Below, in pieces: positions 43,358-52,530 of a stretch of DNA of 64,000 nt (position 1 is the first letter of the stretch; each line of letters starts with the position of its first letter). A program made the position numbers and the translations under genes. Below the pieces are notes generated by a model. That model saw only the letters and a list, made by a program, of their open reading frames with translations, did not search any database and was not told the origin of the DNA. The stretch spans positions 160,001 to 224,000 of the forward strand of contig CAWEPK010000007.1 in assembly GCA_963810935.1 (NCBI GenBank), read 5' to 3'. This stretch comes from an uncultured delta proteobacterium. Its GTDB lineage: Bacteria > Desulfobacterota > Syntrophorhabdia > Syntrophorhabdales > WCHB1-27.

Positions 43358-45337
43358 TTATCGCCTGCGTTTCGGAAAGCGGCTCGGCGACGGCCTTGCT
43401 GCGGCTGCGATGTTGCCTTGCTCCTCGATGGTCCCTTTCACGTTCTTCGGCACGATGAACCTGCAAAGGCCCCCGGACCTTTTCTCCCCGGCGGCCCTGT
43501 CGTAGAAGCTCAACGACAGCTCCTCTTTGGCCCGCGTCACCGCCACGTAAAAAAGCCGCTGCTCTTCCTCGATCTCGAAGGCGTCGTTGTCGATGAGCGA
43601 CCGGCCGGACGGGAAGACCCCGTCGACCAGGCCGATCAGAAAAACCCTGCCCCACTCCAGCCCCTTTGCCGAATGGACCGTCGAGAGGGTCAAATACTCG
43701 GACTCGTCCGGCCCTTCCTTGTCGGGGTCTACCGATACATCGCCCAGGAACTCCTTCAGGCTGTCGTATCGCCGGGCCATGTTCCGCAGCATGATCAGCT
43801 CTTTCGCCCTGGAGGCGTCTTTCTTGTACTTCCCTTTCATGATCGGGTCGTAATGCGCGATCACCCTGTCGAGCTGTTCGGCCGGGGTCAGGGAAGGATT
43901 GTCTATCGACTGCACGAGCGCCCTGAACGATGCCAGGACGTCCGAGTGCTTCTGGCCGGTGCAGAAAGGGGTGATGGCCTTGTCGATGATACGGGCGAGG
44001 CTGTCCTGCGCGGAGATCAGGTCGAGAAGCCTTTCGACGGTCCTCGTCCCTATGCCGGGGAGCAAAAGGAGCACCCTGTGCCATGAAAGCTCGTCCGCCG
44101 GGTTGGCGACGATCCTCAAATAAGAGATGACATCGCGGACGTGGGCGGTCTCGTAGAACTTGCGGCCGCCGAAGAGCCTGAACCGTATACCTTTCTTGAT
44201 AAGCTCGGACTGGAGCGGCATCGAGGCGAAGGCGGTGCGGAAGAGCACGGCCATCTCCCTCGTGGGGACGCCCTGGGCCCTTAAGGACTGCACCCTGTCC
44301 GCTACCCAGGCTGCCTCCTCGTACATGTCCGCGAAGCGGCGCAAGCCCGGCTTCTCTCCCGTGAGGCCGGGCCCTGATACAAGCCTTTTTTCGAACTTGT
44401 GCTTCATGTTCGAAAGGACCGCGTTGCCCACGTCGAGTATGGGCTGGGTGGAGCGGTAGTTCTGCTCGAGCATTATCACCTTGCAGCCGGGGAACGTTTT
44501 CGGAAATTGCAGGATGTTCAAGTGGTTCGCGCCCCTGAACCCGTAGATGCTCTGCGCGTCGTCCCCCACTGCCATGATGTTGCCGTTTTTCCGGGCAAGG
44601 AGCCGCGCAATGTCGGCCTGGACTCCGTTCGTGTCCTGGAACTCATCGACCATGATGTAGCGGTACCTGGAGGATATCCGGTCCCTTACCTCATCGCTGT
44701 CGAGGGCGAGCTTCAGGTAGATGAGCAGGTCGTCGTAGTCGAGGCAGTTGTTCTTTCGCTTGTAGTCCCTGTACTCCTTCTGGATGGTCTTTATGTCGGC
44801 GGTGAACTCATCGTAATCGCCGTACATTTTCTGAACTGCGGCGTCGATGGTCATGCCTTTGTTGGCAACTGCGCTGAAAACGGTCTTCAACTCGTTCTTT
44901 TTCGGGAACTCCTTGTCCTGGTCGTATCCCATCTTGTTGCAGCAGCGCCTGATGGCCTCTTCCGAATCGCCCTCGTCGTATATGGTGAAGGAGCCGGAAA
45001 AGCCGAGGCTCGAGCTGAAGCGCCTTAAGGCCTTGCTCGCGAAGGAGTGAAAAGTGCCTCCGTCGATCTTCGCACACCTCGGGTCGTTACGGGATGCCCG
45101 CTCGATCATTTCCTGGGCGCTCCTGCGCGTGAAGGTGAGGAGGAGGATCGATTCCGGGTCGACGTTCTGCCGGACGAGATAGAGCGAACGGTACTCGATC
45201 ACCCTGGTCTTGCCGCTGCCAGCCCCGGCTATCACGAGGACGGGCCCTTCCGTGGTCGTTACAGCCTCGTACTGGGCCTGATTGAGCTGAGACTTGAGAT
45301 CTTGCGTGGTGCGGTTTTTTTGCACTATTAGCTCCAT
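43358..45337 (-). CDS. UvrD/Rep/PcrA-family ATP-dependent helicase
   Basis: AGAGSGKT, VDEFQDTN, VGDDAQSIYGFRGA, NYRST, TVHSAKGLEW, YVAVTRAK. Confidence 0.95.
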   Translation of the reverse strand: MELIVQKNRTTQDLKSQLNQAQYEAVTTTEGPVLVIAGAGSGKTRVIEYRSLYLVRQNVDPESILLLTFTRRSAQEMIERASRNDPRCAKIDGGTFHSFASKALRRFSSSLGFSGSFTIYDEGDSEEAIRRCCNKMGYDQDKEFPKKNELKTVFSAVANKGMTIDAAVQKMYGDYDEFTADIKTIQKEYRDYKRKNNCLDYDDLLIYLKLALDSDEVRDRISSRYRYIMVDEFQDTNGVQADIARLLARKNGNIMAVGDDAQSIYGFRGANHLNILQFPKTFPGCKVIMLEQNYRSTQPILDVGNAVLSNMKHKFEKRLVSGPGLTGEKPGLRRFADMYEEAAWVADRVQSLRAQGVPTREMAVLFRTAFASMPLQSELIKKGIRFRLFGGRKFYETAHVRDVISYLRIVANPADELSWHRVLLLLPGIGTRTVERLLDLISAQDSLARIIDKAITPFCTGQKHSDVLASFRALVQSIDNPSLTPAEQLDRVIAHYDPIMKGKYKKDASRAKELIMLRNMARRYDSLKEFLGDVSVDPDKEGPDESEYLTLSTVHSAKGLEWGRVFLIGLVDGVFPSGRSLIDNDAFEIEEEQRLFYVAVTRAKEELSLSFYDRAAGEKRSGGLCRFIVPKNVKGTIEEQGNIAAAARPSPSRFPKRRR

Positions 45338-45443
45338 GATGAAATCTTTGCGCTAAACGCACGTCATCGCCCCTTTCGGATAAAACAGATATTCAAATAC
45401 GGAAGCGATGTCCTTGTCCAGAGGGAAGCAGCAAAGACCGGCA

Positions 45444-45475
45444 TGAAACGGCCCGCCGTCTTCAAGGGCGGGCCG
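45444..45475 (-). terminator. Probable terminator after dinB
   Basis: Minus strand CGGCCCGCC-loop-GGCGGGCCG-TTTCA. Confidence 0.55.
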
Positions 45476-45488
45476 CCGAACTGCCTGT

Positions 45489-46709
45489 CTATACGTCGCT
45501 TTTTCTCACGCCTGACGGACGCCAGGCCGGAGAAATAACCTTCTGTCCTTTTTCCTGCTTAAGGGTAGAGGCGTGGGTGAGGGCGTTCTCGCCGAATTTG
45601 TCGTTGACTGCATCGACGGCCTTCGCCAGGGCGGCTTTTTTGTCTTCGCCCGCCTGGCCGAAGAGCGGGAGCTGTTCTTCACCCTTCGATAAGGACGAGA
45701 GGGAGACGCCTAAGAGCCTGACGCTTTTCTTGAGGTCAATCGTATCGAGGATGGAGACGGCTGCACGGTAAACTTCGCCCGTGTCGTTCGTCGGCGCGGT
45801 CAGAGTGGTCTGCTTCGTGAAGGTCTTGAAATCGGGGTACCTCACGGTAAGGGTGATCCTCTTACCTTTATAGCCGTAGCGCCTTGCCCTGCGGCCGACC
45901 CTCTCGCTGAGGCGCAGGATGCAGCTTGTAAGCTCTTCCCGCTTCCAGATGTCTTTCGGCAGCGTAGTGCTGTGGCCTATCGACTTCGGGTCTGCGGAGG
46001 CAACCTCCAGCGGCCGCTCCAGCACTCCCTTGCCCATGTCCGCGAGCTGGTTGCCGAATACGCCGAACCGCCTGACGAGGAGGGGCAGGGACGCCCTGCC
46101 GAGCTGCCCGCAGGTCGTGATGCCCATCTTTTTAAGCTTCTCTTCGGTATGCGGGCCTATGCCCCAGAGCTTCTTTACGGGAAGGGACTCGAATACGGAC
46201 GGGATTTCCCCTTCTTTGATCCACCGGAGGCCGTCAGGCTTTGCTATGTCGCTCGCGAGCTTTGCGACAAGGACATTGGGGCCGATGCCGACCGTGCAGG
46301 TCAGGTCAAGGCCCGTCTTTACTGCGGTCTTGAGGGAGCGCGCAAGCTCCTCCGGGCCGCCTAACAGGTGGTGCGAGCGGGTGATATCGAGGAAGACCTC
46401 GTCGATGGAGTAAATCTCTATGTCAGGGGTGAACCGCAGGCAGACCGCTTCGAGCTGCCGGCAGGCCTCTGCGTATTTCGCGTTGTTCCCTACGACGAGT
46501 ATTATGTGCGGGCAGAGCCTCTTCGCCTCGCCGACGGTCATGGCTGTCCGCACGCCAAAGGCGCGGGCCTCGTATGAAGAGGTGGTGACGATCGTCCTTT
46601 CGCCCGCGCCCGTGACCGCTATGGCCTTACCCTTCAGGTCCGGGTTGTCCCGCTGCTCGACGGAAGCGAAGAAGGCGTCCATGTCGACGCATACGATGAT
46701 CTTTTGCAT
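45489..46709 (-). CDS. dinB: DNA polymerase IV
   Basis: VDMDAFFASVEQ, SYEAR.FGV, SIDE, AKLASD.AKPDG. Confidence 0.95.
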   Translation of the reverse strand: MQKIIVCVDMDAFFASVEQRDNPDLKGKAIAVTGAGERTIVTTSSYEARAFGVRTAMTVGEAKRLCPHIILVVGNNAKYAEACRQLEAVCLRFTPDIEIYSIDEVFLDITRSHHLLGGPEELARSLKTAVKTGLDLTCTVGIGPNVLVAKLASDIAKPDGLRWIKEGEIPSVFESLPVKKLWGIGPHTEEKLKKMGITTCGQLGRASLPLLVRRFGVFGNQLADMGKGVLERPLEVASADPKSIGHSTTLPKDIWKREELTSCILRLSERVGRRARRYGYKGKRITLTVRYPDFKTFTKQTTLTAPTNDTGEVYRAAVSILDTIDLKKSVRLLGVSLSSLSKGEEQLPLFGQAGEDKKAALAKAVDAVNDKFGENALTHASTLKQEKGQKVISPAWRPSGVRKSDV

Positions 46710-46852
46710 GGCCCATATTCTACAAAGAGGCTTCCACAAGAGCAAGAAAGAGATGCAGCGCCGGCGGGAATAGGGTGTGAAACCTTGCAGGTATTGCCCC
46801 TTGGACAAAGGCTAAAGCGGATTTGGGCGGCCCTGCCGCCCTTACGTCACCT

Positions 46853-47035
46853 TCAGCCTGAGCCTGATTTCCTTGGCGGTTCGGCGCCGGGCCCGGTCTT
46901 CCTGCCTATGGTGGCAAGCTCCAGCTTTTCTATCTCGTCGCTCTGGCATTCCGGACACTCGGGCGGCTCCTCTTCTCCAGGGATCGCCTTGAACTCAAAA
47001 CCGCACTTCCGGCATATGTACGCCTCTTTATCCAT
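46853..47035 (-). CDS. FmdB-like zinc-ribbon protein
   Basis: Y.CRKCG..F..CPECQS; AGGAGG RBS. Confidence 0.7.
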   Translation of the reverse strand: MDKEAYICRKCGFEFKAIPGEEEPPECPECQSDEIEKLELATIGRKTGPGAEPPRKSGSG

Positions 47036-47094
47036 GCGACAGGCCCTCCTTTTCACATCTATTTCCATAGTATAATCACTCGTCGCAAGAGACG

Positions 47095-47700
47095 TTATGC
47101 GCGCAGGCTTTTCGGGCCGCTGACGAACGGGCTGCCTGACTCGTAAAAGCGGAGCACCCGGTTTGCCTCCTTTGCCAGTCCTATGCGCGTGCTTTCCGCT
47201 ATCGGGGCCGTCTGCCGCACTGCCGGGCCCAGCCATAGCGACCTGTCGGTGCACAGGTCTACGCCGTCATGTTCTATCCGGACCCCCATTGCGACAGTCA
47301 GGCGGCCCGGCCCTCTTGCAAGGTCGGTCGGGCGCGTAGTGCCCCGGCGGGCCTGCATGAGCCCGATGCCCTCCAGCGGTTCTAAAGCCCGGAGCAGCAC
47401 CCCGGCGCCCACCCCCAGCCGCTCGCTCGCGACATTGAGCAGGTAGGACGAGCCATAAATGAAATAAACGTATGCGTGGCCGTGTTCGAGATAAAGCGAG
47501 CGGTTGCTCTGCGTCTGCCCGTGAAAGGCATGGCCGCTTGCATCGCCCGGCACATAGCCTTCCGTCTCGACGATGCGCCCGCTCGTCCTGCCTTCCGCCG
47601 TATCGTGGACCAGCGTCTTGCCGATCAGGTAACGGGCCAGGCCGACCGTGTCGACAGGCAGCTCCGGGCGGCGAAGATGGCGTATACGCAGGTTCCGCAA
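47095..47700 (-). CDS. mpg: DNA-3-methyladenine glycosylase (MPG/AAG family)
   Basis: GRIVETEGY, YVYFIYG, VLLRALEP, GPGRL, RIG. Confidence 0.9.
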   Translation of the reverse strand: MRNLRIRHLRRPELPVDTVGLARYLIGKTLVHDTAEGRTSGRIVETEGYVPGDASGHAFHGQTQSNRSLYLEHGHAYVYFIYGSSYLLNVASERLGVGAGVLLRALEPLEGIGLMQARRGTTRPTDLARGPGRLTVAMGVRIEHDGVDLCTDRSLWLGPAVRQTAPIAESTRIGLAKEANRVLRFYESGSPFVSGPKSLRA

Positions 47701-47709
47701 TGTGGCTTC

Positions 47710-48096
47710 TCAGTCCATCCGTCCGACCCACTGGGAACGCCACGCGGGGGCCGGGAAAGGGTCGGCGAAATACTGTGTATCATGGAACACCTTGCCGGAC
47801 CTGAACTCCATGATGCTTACCGTATTGGCCGGCCCGCGGCCCTCGTATGCGATCACGAACTCGGAGACCCAGAGATCGCCTGCTCCAATTATCCGTCGAA
47901 CGGCGAAACCCGACGGCTTCGACGGATGGTGCCCCCGAAGCGCCTCAAGGTTCGCCCGGCCGTAGATGCGCTCCCCTGATTGGGGATAGTCGCATATGCA
48001 GTCATCGTGATAAATCTCATGTTCCGCATTAAGGTCGCCCCCGGCCGATGCAGCCCAGTGGCGTTCCAACGCCGCTTGAATCTCGCTATCTCCCAT
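47710..48096 (-). CDS. SnoaL-like/NTF2 family protein
   Basis: EHEIYHDD..YPQSGERI.GR..TQYFADPF; AGGAGG RBS. Confidence 0.8.
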   Translation of the reverse strand: MGDSEIQAALERHWAASAGGDLNAEHEIYHDDCICDYPQSGERIYGRANLEALRGHHPSKPSGFAVRRIIGAGDLWVSEFVIAYEGRGPANTVSIMEFRSGKVFHDTQYFADPFPAPAWRSQWVGRMD

Positions 48097-48326
48097 GACG
48101 GGTCACCTCCTGTTCGATAAACCGCCTTTAATATCATAAGGATGTCTTGACGGCCGTGCGAGTGTAATACATTTTCGCTCCCTTTGACTTAATGTTTCCC
48201 TCAATGGGCCGAAAACATATATTGTGCCGGAATGGGAATTACCCGGGGCAGGGAAGCTAAAGGGTCCCCAAATGGCGTGTAATTAAAAAGGAGATGGAGT
48301 ACTGGCACGATTTGTAAAACTTTTCC

Positions 48327-48355
48327 TTGACATGAAGTCTGACAAGGTATACTAT
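48327..48355 (+). promoter_or_regulatory. Sigma70 promoter
   Basis: TTGACA-N17-TACTAT. Confidence 0.55.
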
Positions 48356-48448
48356 TAACGTATGACAAGCTATGACACACATAAAACACTCTCAGGCTCG
48401 GACATAAACCGGGACCTGTCCCAGGAAAACGAAAGGCAGGAGGTAATC

Positions 48449-48628
48449 ATGGAAAGGCTACGCGCAGCAGTAACGATCATAAAGGTCATCCCGATTGTAA
48501 GCTTCATGCTGCTTCTTTTGCCCTTCACGTGGATGATGCCAAAGGCGGAAGAGCAGGAAGCAGAGACAGTCGGTTTCAAAGGTGCAGCCGTGCCCGCCGT
48601 CTCCCAGCAACACAGGCTTGCCGCATAG
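48449..48628 (+). CDS. Small single-TM hypothetical protein
   Basis: AGGAGGT RBS, 59 aa, one hydrophobic segment. Confidence 0.5.
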   Translation: MERLRAAVTIIKVIPIVSFMLLLLPFTWMMPKAEEQEAETVGFKGAAVPAVSQQHRLAA

Positions 48629-48847
48629 ACGCCGAACTCTTCGCGACTGGGCCCGCCGGTAGCTTTTACGGGCCTGGCCCGCGTCGCACGCGCATATAAC
48701 GCAGCGTAATCAGTACACGGCCCGTTTTTCCAACGGGCCTTTTCCATTTGCACCCCATCCATCGTTTCGAAACCGCCCGCCGGCCCCTTCGGTTTTCCTT
48801 GCGGCCCGTCCCAGGCCCGTGGTATTAGTAAATAAAAGGAGGGCGAG

Positions 48848-49063
48848 ATGATGAAAAAACTGTTAATGTTGCTCATGGGTATGGCTTTCCTGGCTGTAGT
48901 GGCGACACCCGCATGGGCGCCGCTCAAAACAGAGGTGGAAAAGCCGAAGCCGCAGCCCAAGGGCAGCGGAAGCGCCAATGTCGTGGACCTGAGCGATAAG
49001 AAGTCACAGGTGCCTCAGATCCCGCCTATGCCGCCGCCGAAAAAGGAAGCGCCCAAGAAGTAG
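48848..49063 (+). CDS. Small exported Pro/Lys-rich protein
   Basis: AAGGAGG RBS, signal peptide ending PAWA. Confidence 0.65.
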   Translation: MMKKLLMLLMGMAFLAVVATPAWAPLKTEVEKPKPQPKGSGSANVVDLSDKKSQVPQIPPMPPPKKEAPKK

Positions 49064-49303
49064 GCGCTACCAAGTGTGGGATAAGAAAGATGGGCTGAAG
49101 GGAGCACCAGTTTCGGGGATGGGGGGAGCTTAAATACTGATGCCCCCTTACAGCCCTTTCTTCTCGAACCGGAAAAATAGCAATATGCCTCCCAGTGCGA
49201 AGGCTGCTATGACGATCCAGTGGTTGACGCCAATGATGCCGGGGAGCGTTATCTCGCCGTAATCTCTCCATTTCATGACGGAAGCGCTCGGTGCAGGATA
49301 GCT

Positions 49304-49756
49304 TTATTTCTCCACCGGGTTGCCGGCCTTTACCCAGTCGGCGAAGACCATGTCCGCCAGCACCGCGTTCTTGTAACCAAGGTCATTGAGCGTCTTTGTC
49401 GCCAGCGCTGCCCTGCCTCCGGTCTTGCAGTACACGTAGATCTTCGTGTCCTGGTCGGGGACCTTGCCGGAAATGGCGAATTCGAGTGTCCCCCGCGAGA
49501 CGCCCACTGCGCCGGGCAGATGGCCGTCCGCGTATTCCTGGGGATCGCGGACGTCAAGGAATACGGCCTTTTCCTTCGAGTCGATAGCCGCCCTGACCGC
49601 CTGCGCGTTGACCTTTGCTACAGACGCCTTTGCCTTTGCGACCATCTCCTGCGCCTTCTGCTGGACGGCGGGTGCGGTGTTCTGCGCTATAGCGGCCGAT
49701 GCCGCCAAAAGCCCGAAAGCAAGCATTACAGCCATAACGATTAACCTCTTCAACAT
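49304..49756 (-). CDS. Periplasmic rhodanese-like sulfurtransferase
   Basis: Signal peptide; LDVRDPQEYADGHLPGA; active-site loop YCKTGGR. Confidence 0.9.
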   Translation of the reverse strand: MLKRLIVMAVMLAFGLLAASAAIAQNTAPAVQQKAQEMVAKAKASVAKVNAQAVRAAIDSKEKAVFLDVRDPQEYADGHLPGAVGVSRGTLEFAISGKVPDQDTKIYVYCKTGGRAALATKTLNDLGYKNAVLADMVFADWVKAGNPVEK

Positions 49757-49805
49757 GGCGTTCTCCTCCCTCTTACAGTGAATAATGCGTATCCATATGG
49801 TGCTA

Positions 49806-49821
49806 TGCAACGCACGTGCCT
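49806..49821 (-). promoter_or_regulatory. Sigma54 (-24/-12) promoter for rhodanese
   Basis: AGGCACGTGCGTTGCA, i.e. GG-N10-GC, ~50 nt upstream of the ATG. Confidence 0.55.
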
Positions 49822-50138
49822 GTTTCAAGCGCATCCCCCGAAAGCAACGATTTGCCCCGGTATCGGCTAAAAATGCGGTGCTCCGCGCCTGCCCGTCGCA
49901 TCCCGATGTTAACTTTGTAAACTATAGTTCCTTAACGTAAGTTAACGCCGCCCGCACGTGAATGCAGGCGGAAGAGGGCGTATTGACACCCGGTAGCAGC
50001 GAACCCAAATTAGAATCGGGGCTGAAGGCGAGCCTTGACGTCCGGTCGCCGTAGTCCAGATTGGGCTTGTGACAGATCGATTCTGAATTTCCGATCGCCT
50101 TTGTCTTCAGCTACTAACATCTTTTAAGTGGAGGCCTT

Positions 50139-50684
50139 ATGAGTGGGAAGTATTGTTTAGTGGTATTAGTCGCGTTGATGGCCATCTGCCTGGCGGGCTG
50201 CGGCTGCTTTCAACAAAAGCCTGCCGTAGCGCAGAACCCTCCGCCGCCGGTCGCACAAGTCGAGCCTGTCCCTGAACCTGTACCAGTTCAGCCGCCGCCG
50301 CCCGCGCCGGTAGCGCAGGCGCCTGCGCCCGCAATACCAGTGCCCGAATCCGTTTTCTTCTCTTTCGACAAAGCGGACATTACGCCTCGGGCAGCGGTGG
50401 CGCTCAAAAACCAGGCGGAATGGCTCAAACAGAACCCGGACGCGAAGGTGTCGGTCTCAGGGTACGCAGACGAGCGCGGCACTGAAGAATACAACAAGAA
50501 GCTGGGCCAGGAAAGAGCCGACGCAGTTAAAGGGTATCTGGCGCAGCAGGGGGTCAGCTCCGACCGTATCACGACCAGCAGCTACGGCAAGGACAAGCCG
50601 GTTTGCGCGGAGCAGGCGGAGAATTGCTATTCAGCCAACAGGAGGGCGGACCTGGACGTGACCGGCAACACCACAACAGGGTAG
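50139..50684 (+). CDS. OmpA/Pal-family peptidoglycan-associated lipoprotein
   Basis: Lipobox LAGC; FSFDKA; GYADERGTEEYN.KLG.ERA; SYGK; NRR. Confidence 0.9.
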   Translation: MSGKYCLVVLVALMAICLAGCGCFQQKPAVAQNPPPPVAQVEPVPEPVPVQPPPPAPVAQAPAPAIPVPESVFFSFDKADITPRAAVALKNQAEWLKQNPDAKVSVSGYADERGTEEYNKKLGQERADAVKGYLAQQGVSSDRITTSSYGKDKPVCAEQAENCYSANRRADLDVTGNTTTG

Positions 50685-50925
50685 GAAAAGCCACCCGCAT
50701 CACATTTACGAGATAGGTCCCGCCGGGACGGCCCATTGCGTCCATAAGGGCGGTCCCGCCGGGACCCGCACCGCCCGTCAACCTCTAATCTTTTAAAAAG
50801 AATGGCAGGCCGCGTCACCGCCCTGACTGGATTTGACAAACATCGTCAGGGTACGTTATTACTCTATCAAACGAGAGGCGTTTTCGATAATGAAGGGCGC
50901 GCGGTGTATAAGGAGGGAAAGCGGG

Positions 50926-51135
50926 TTGACCACCCGTTTCGAAGCGGCGGTCGTTATCGCGTTGTTTTTCTGTGCCTTCCCGAAAAGCGCGCACGCCTAC
51001 CTGGACCCCGGCGCGGGAAGCATGTTCCTTCAGGGCTTGTTTGCCGCGTTCTTTGCGGTAGTGGCGTACCTCGGGATATTCCGGCGGCGGATCAAGTCAT
51101 GGTGGCGCCGTTTTGTCTCGAAGGAGAAGCAGTGA
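50926..51135 (+). CDS. Small membrane protein: signal peptide, YLDPGAGS motif, TM helix, basic tail
   Basis: AAGGAGG RBS before TTG 50926 (alternative ATG 50890); AHA|YLDPGAGSMFLQ. Confidence 0.7.
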   Translation: MTTRFEAAVVIALFFCAFPKSAHAYLDPGAGSMFLQGLFAAFFAVVAYLGIFRRRIKSWWRRFVSKEKQ

Positions 51136-51148
51136 CGCGACGGGCCCG

Positions 51149-52528
51149 ATGATGCAAGACCCGGGTTCCTTCAGGGACCCTGCGAACCTCGTTTTCACCC
51201 TTGATGGAGACGTCTACAGGGCAATATTCGCTCCGGGCGCCGCGGACTACGTCTCGGCAAAGACCGGCGGGGTTTACACGAAGCTCTCCGAGGCAGGCAT
51301 CCTGCTTGCCCATGAGGAGGTAAGTCCGCCGCCTTCGGCCCCCGAAGGCACCCTCCATTGCCTGCGATACAAGGCCCTTCCGATGATCAGCTATCCCTGG
51401 GAATGGTCTTTTTCGATGCTGAAGGATGCCGCTCTTCTCCACCTCGATGCGATGGAGATGCTCCTTCCGCAAGGTTTCTGGCTGCGGGACGGGAGCGCCG
51501 TCAACGTGCAATACGATGGTTCGAGGCTCCGCCTCATCGACACCCTCTCCATCGGCTCCATGAAGAAAGGGTCTCCCTGGATCGCGTACAGGCAGTTCTG
51601 CTCGCATTTCCTCGCCCCCCTCGCCCTTGCCGCCTATGGAGACATCCGGACGCTGGCGCTCTGGCGCACTTACGTAGACGGCTACCCCCTCGACCTTGCG
51701 GCGGCCATGATCCCCCCTCGCAGGCGCTACCTGTCACGCCTCCTCGTCCATCTCACGCTCCATGCCCGCTTTCAGCAAAAGGGGCAGGGCGGCGACGGGG
51801 AAGGCGCGTATGAGACGCCGAAGTTTTCCTATGCATCGCTCCTTGGCCTCGTCCGTTCTCTGCGCCGGACCGTTGCGGGGCTGAAGTGGAATGCGCCTTC
51901 GTCCCTGTGGCGCGGCTATCATTCGGAGCAGAATTACGGCGGCGACGGCCTGCTTCTGAAAAAAGAGCTTATCGATAAGCTCGTCCATGCCATGAAGCCG
52001 AAGCTTGTCTGGGACTTAGGCGGCAACACGGGGGAATTCTCCGCAATCGCGGCCTCCCACGGCTCTTTCGTCGTGAGCATCGATGGAGACCCGGCGTGCA
52101 CGGAGCACCTTTACAACAGGCTGAAGGGCGACCTTCAGGGCAAGAGCATCCTCCCCCTCACAATCGACCTGGCCAACCCAACGCCTGCCCTCGGCTGGAA
52201 CGAAAAGGAGCGGAGCGGCCTGCGGGCGCGGGGTCGCGCCGACCTCGTAATGGCGCTGGCCCTCGTTCACCATCTCGTTTTCTCGCACAACATACCTCTG
52301 CCCCTTATCGCCGAATGGCTCGACGGCATAGGGGACTGCGCGGCAGTCGAATTCGTGTCGGCGGACGATCCGATGGTCAAGCGCCTCCTCAGGGCAAGGG
52401 GCGACGAACACCTTCCGTACTCGCAAGGCCTGTTTGAATCGAGCTTTGCCCGTTATTTCAGGGTCATAGAAAAGAGGGCATTGACCGCTTCCCGTTCGCT
52501 CTGGGTATTCGCAAGGAAAGGCGTGTAG
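51149..52528 (+). CDS. NoeA-like protein with C-terminal class I SAM methyltransferase domain
   Basis: SFRDP, SYPWEW; VWDLGGNTGEFS, DLANPTP, ALALVHHL. Confidence 0.8.
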   Translation: MMQDPGSFRDPANLVFTLDGDVYRAIFAPGAADYVSAKTGGVYTKLSEAGILLAHEEVSPPPSAPEGTLHCLRYKALPMISYPWEWSFSMLKDAALLHLDAMEMLLPQGFWLRDGSAVNVQYDGSRLRLIDTLSIGSMKKGSPWIAYRQFCSHFLAPLALAAYGDIRTLALWRTYVDGYPLDLAAAMIPPRRRYLSRLLVHLTLHARFQQKGQGGDGEGAYETPKFSYASLLGLVRSLRRTVAGLKWNAPSSLWRGYHSEQNYGGDGLLLKKELIDKLVHAMKPKLVWDLGGNTGEFSAIAASHGSFVVSIDGDPACTEHLYNRLKGDLQGKSILPLTIDLANPTPALGWNEKERSGLRARGRADLVMALALVHHLVFSHNIPLPLIAEWLDGIGDCAAVEFVSADDPMVKRLLRARGDEHLPYSQGLFESSFARYFRVIEKRALTASRSLWVFARKGV

Positions 52529-52530
52529 CC

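Noticed and set aside
48230..48285. Resemblance to a c-di-GMP-I riboswitch (GGAAGCTAAAGGGTC)
   Set aside because: Lacks the GGCAAA/GAAA tetraloop core and a supporting stem.
50716..50765. Direct repeat GGTCCCGCCGGGAC, two copies, after pal
   Set aside because: Only two short hairpins; most simply terminator or REP-like, with no array.
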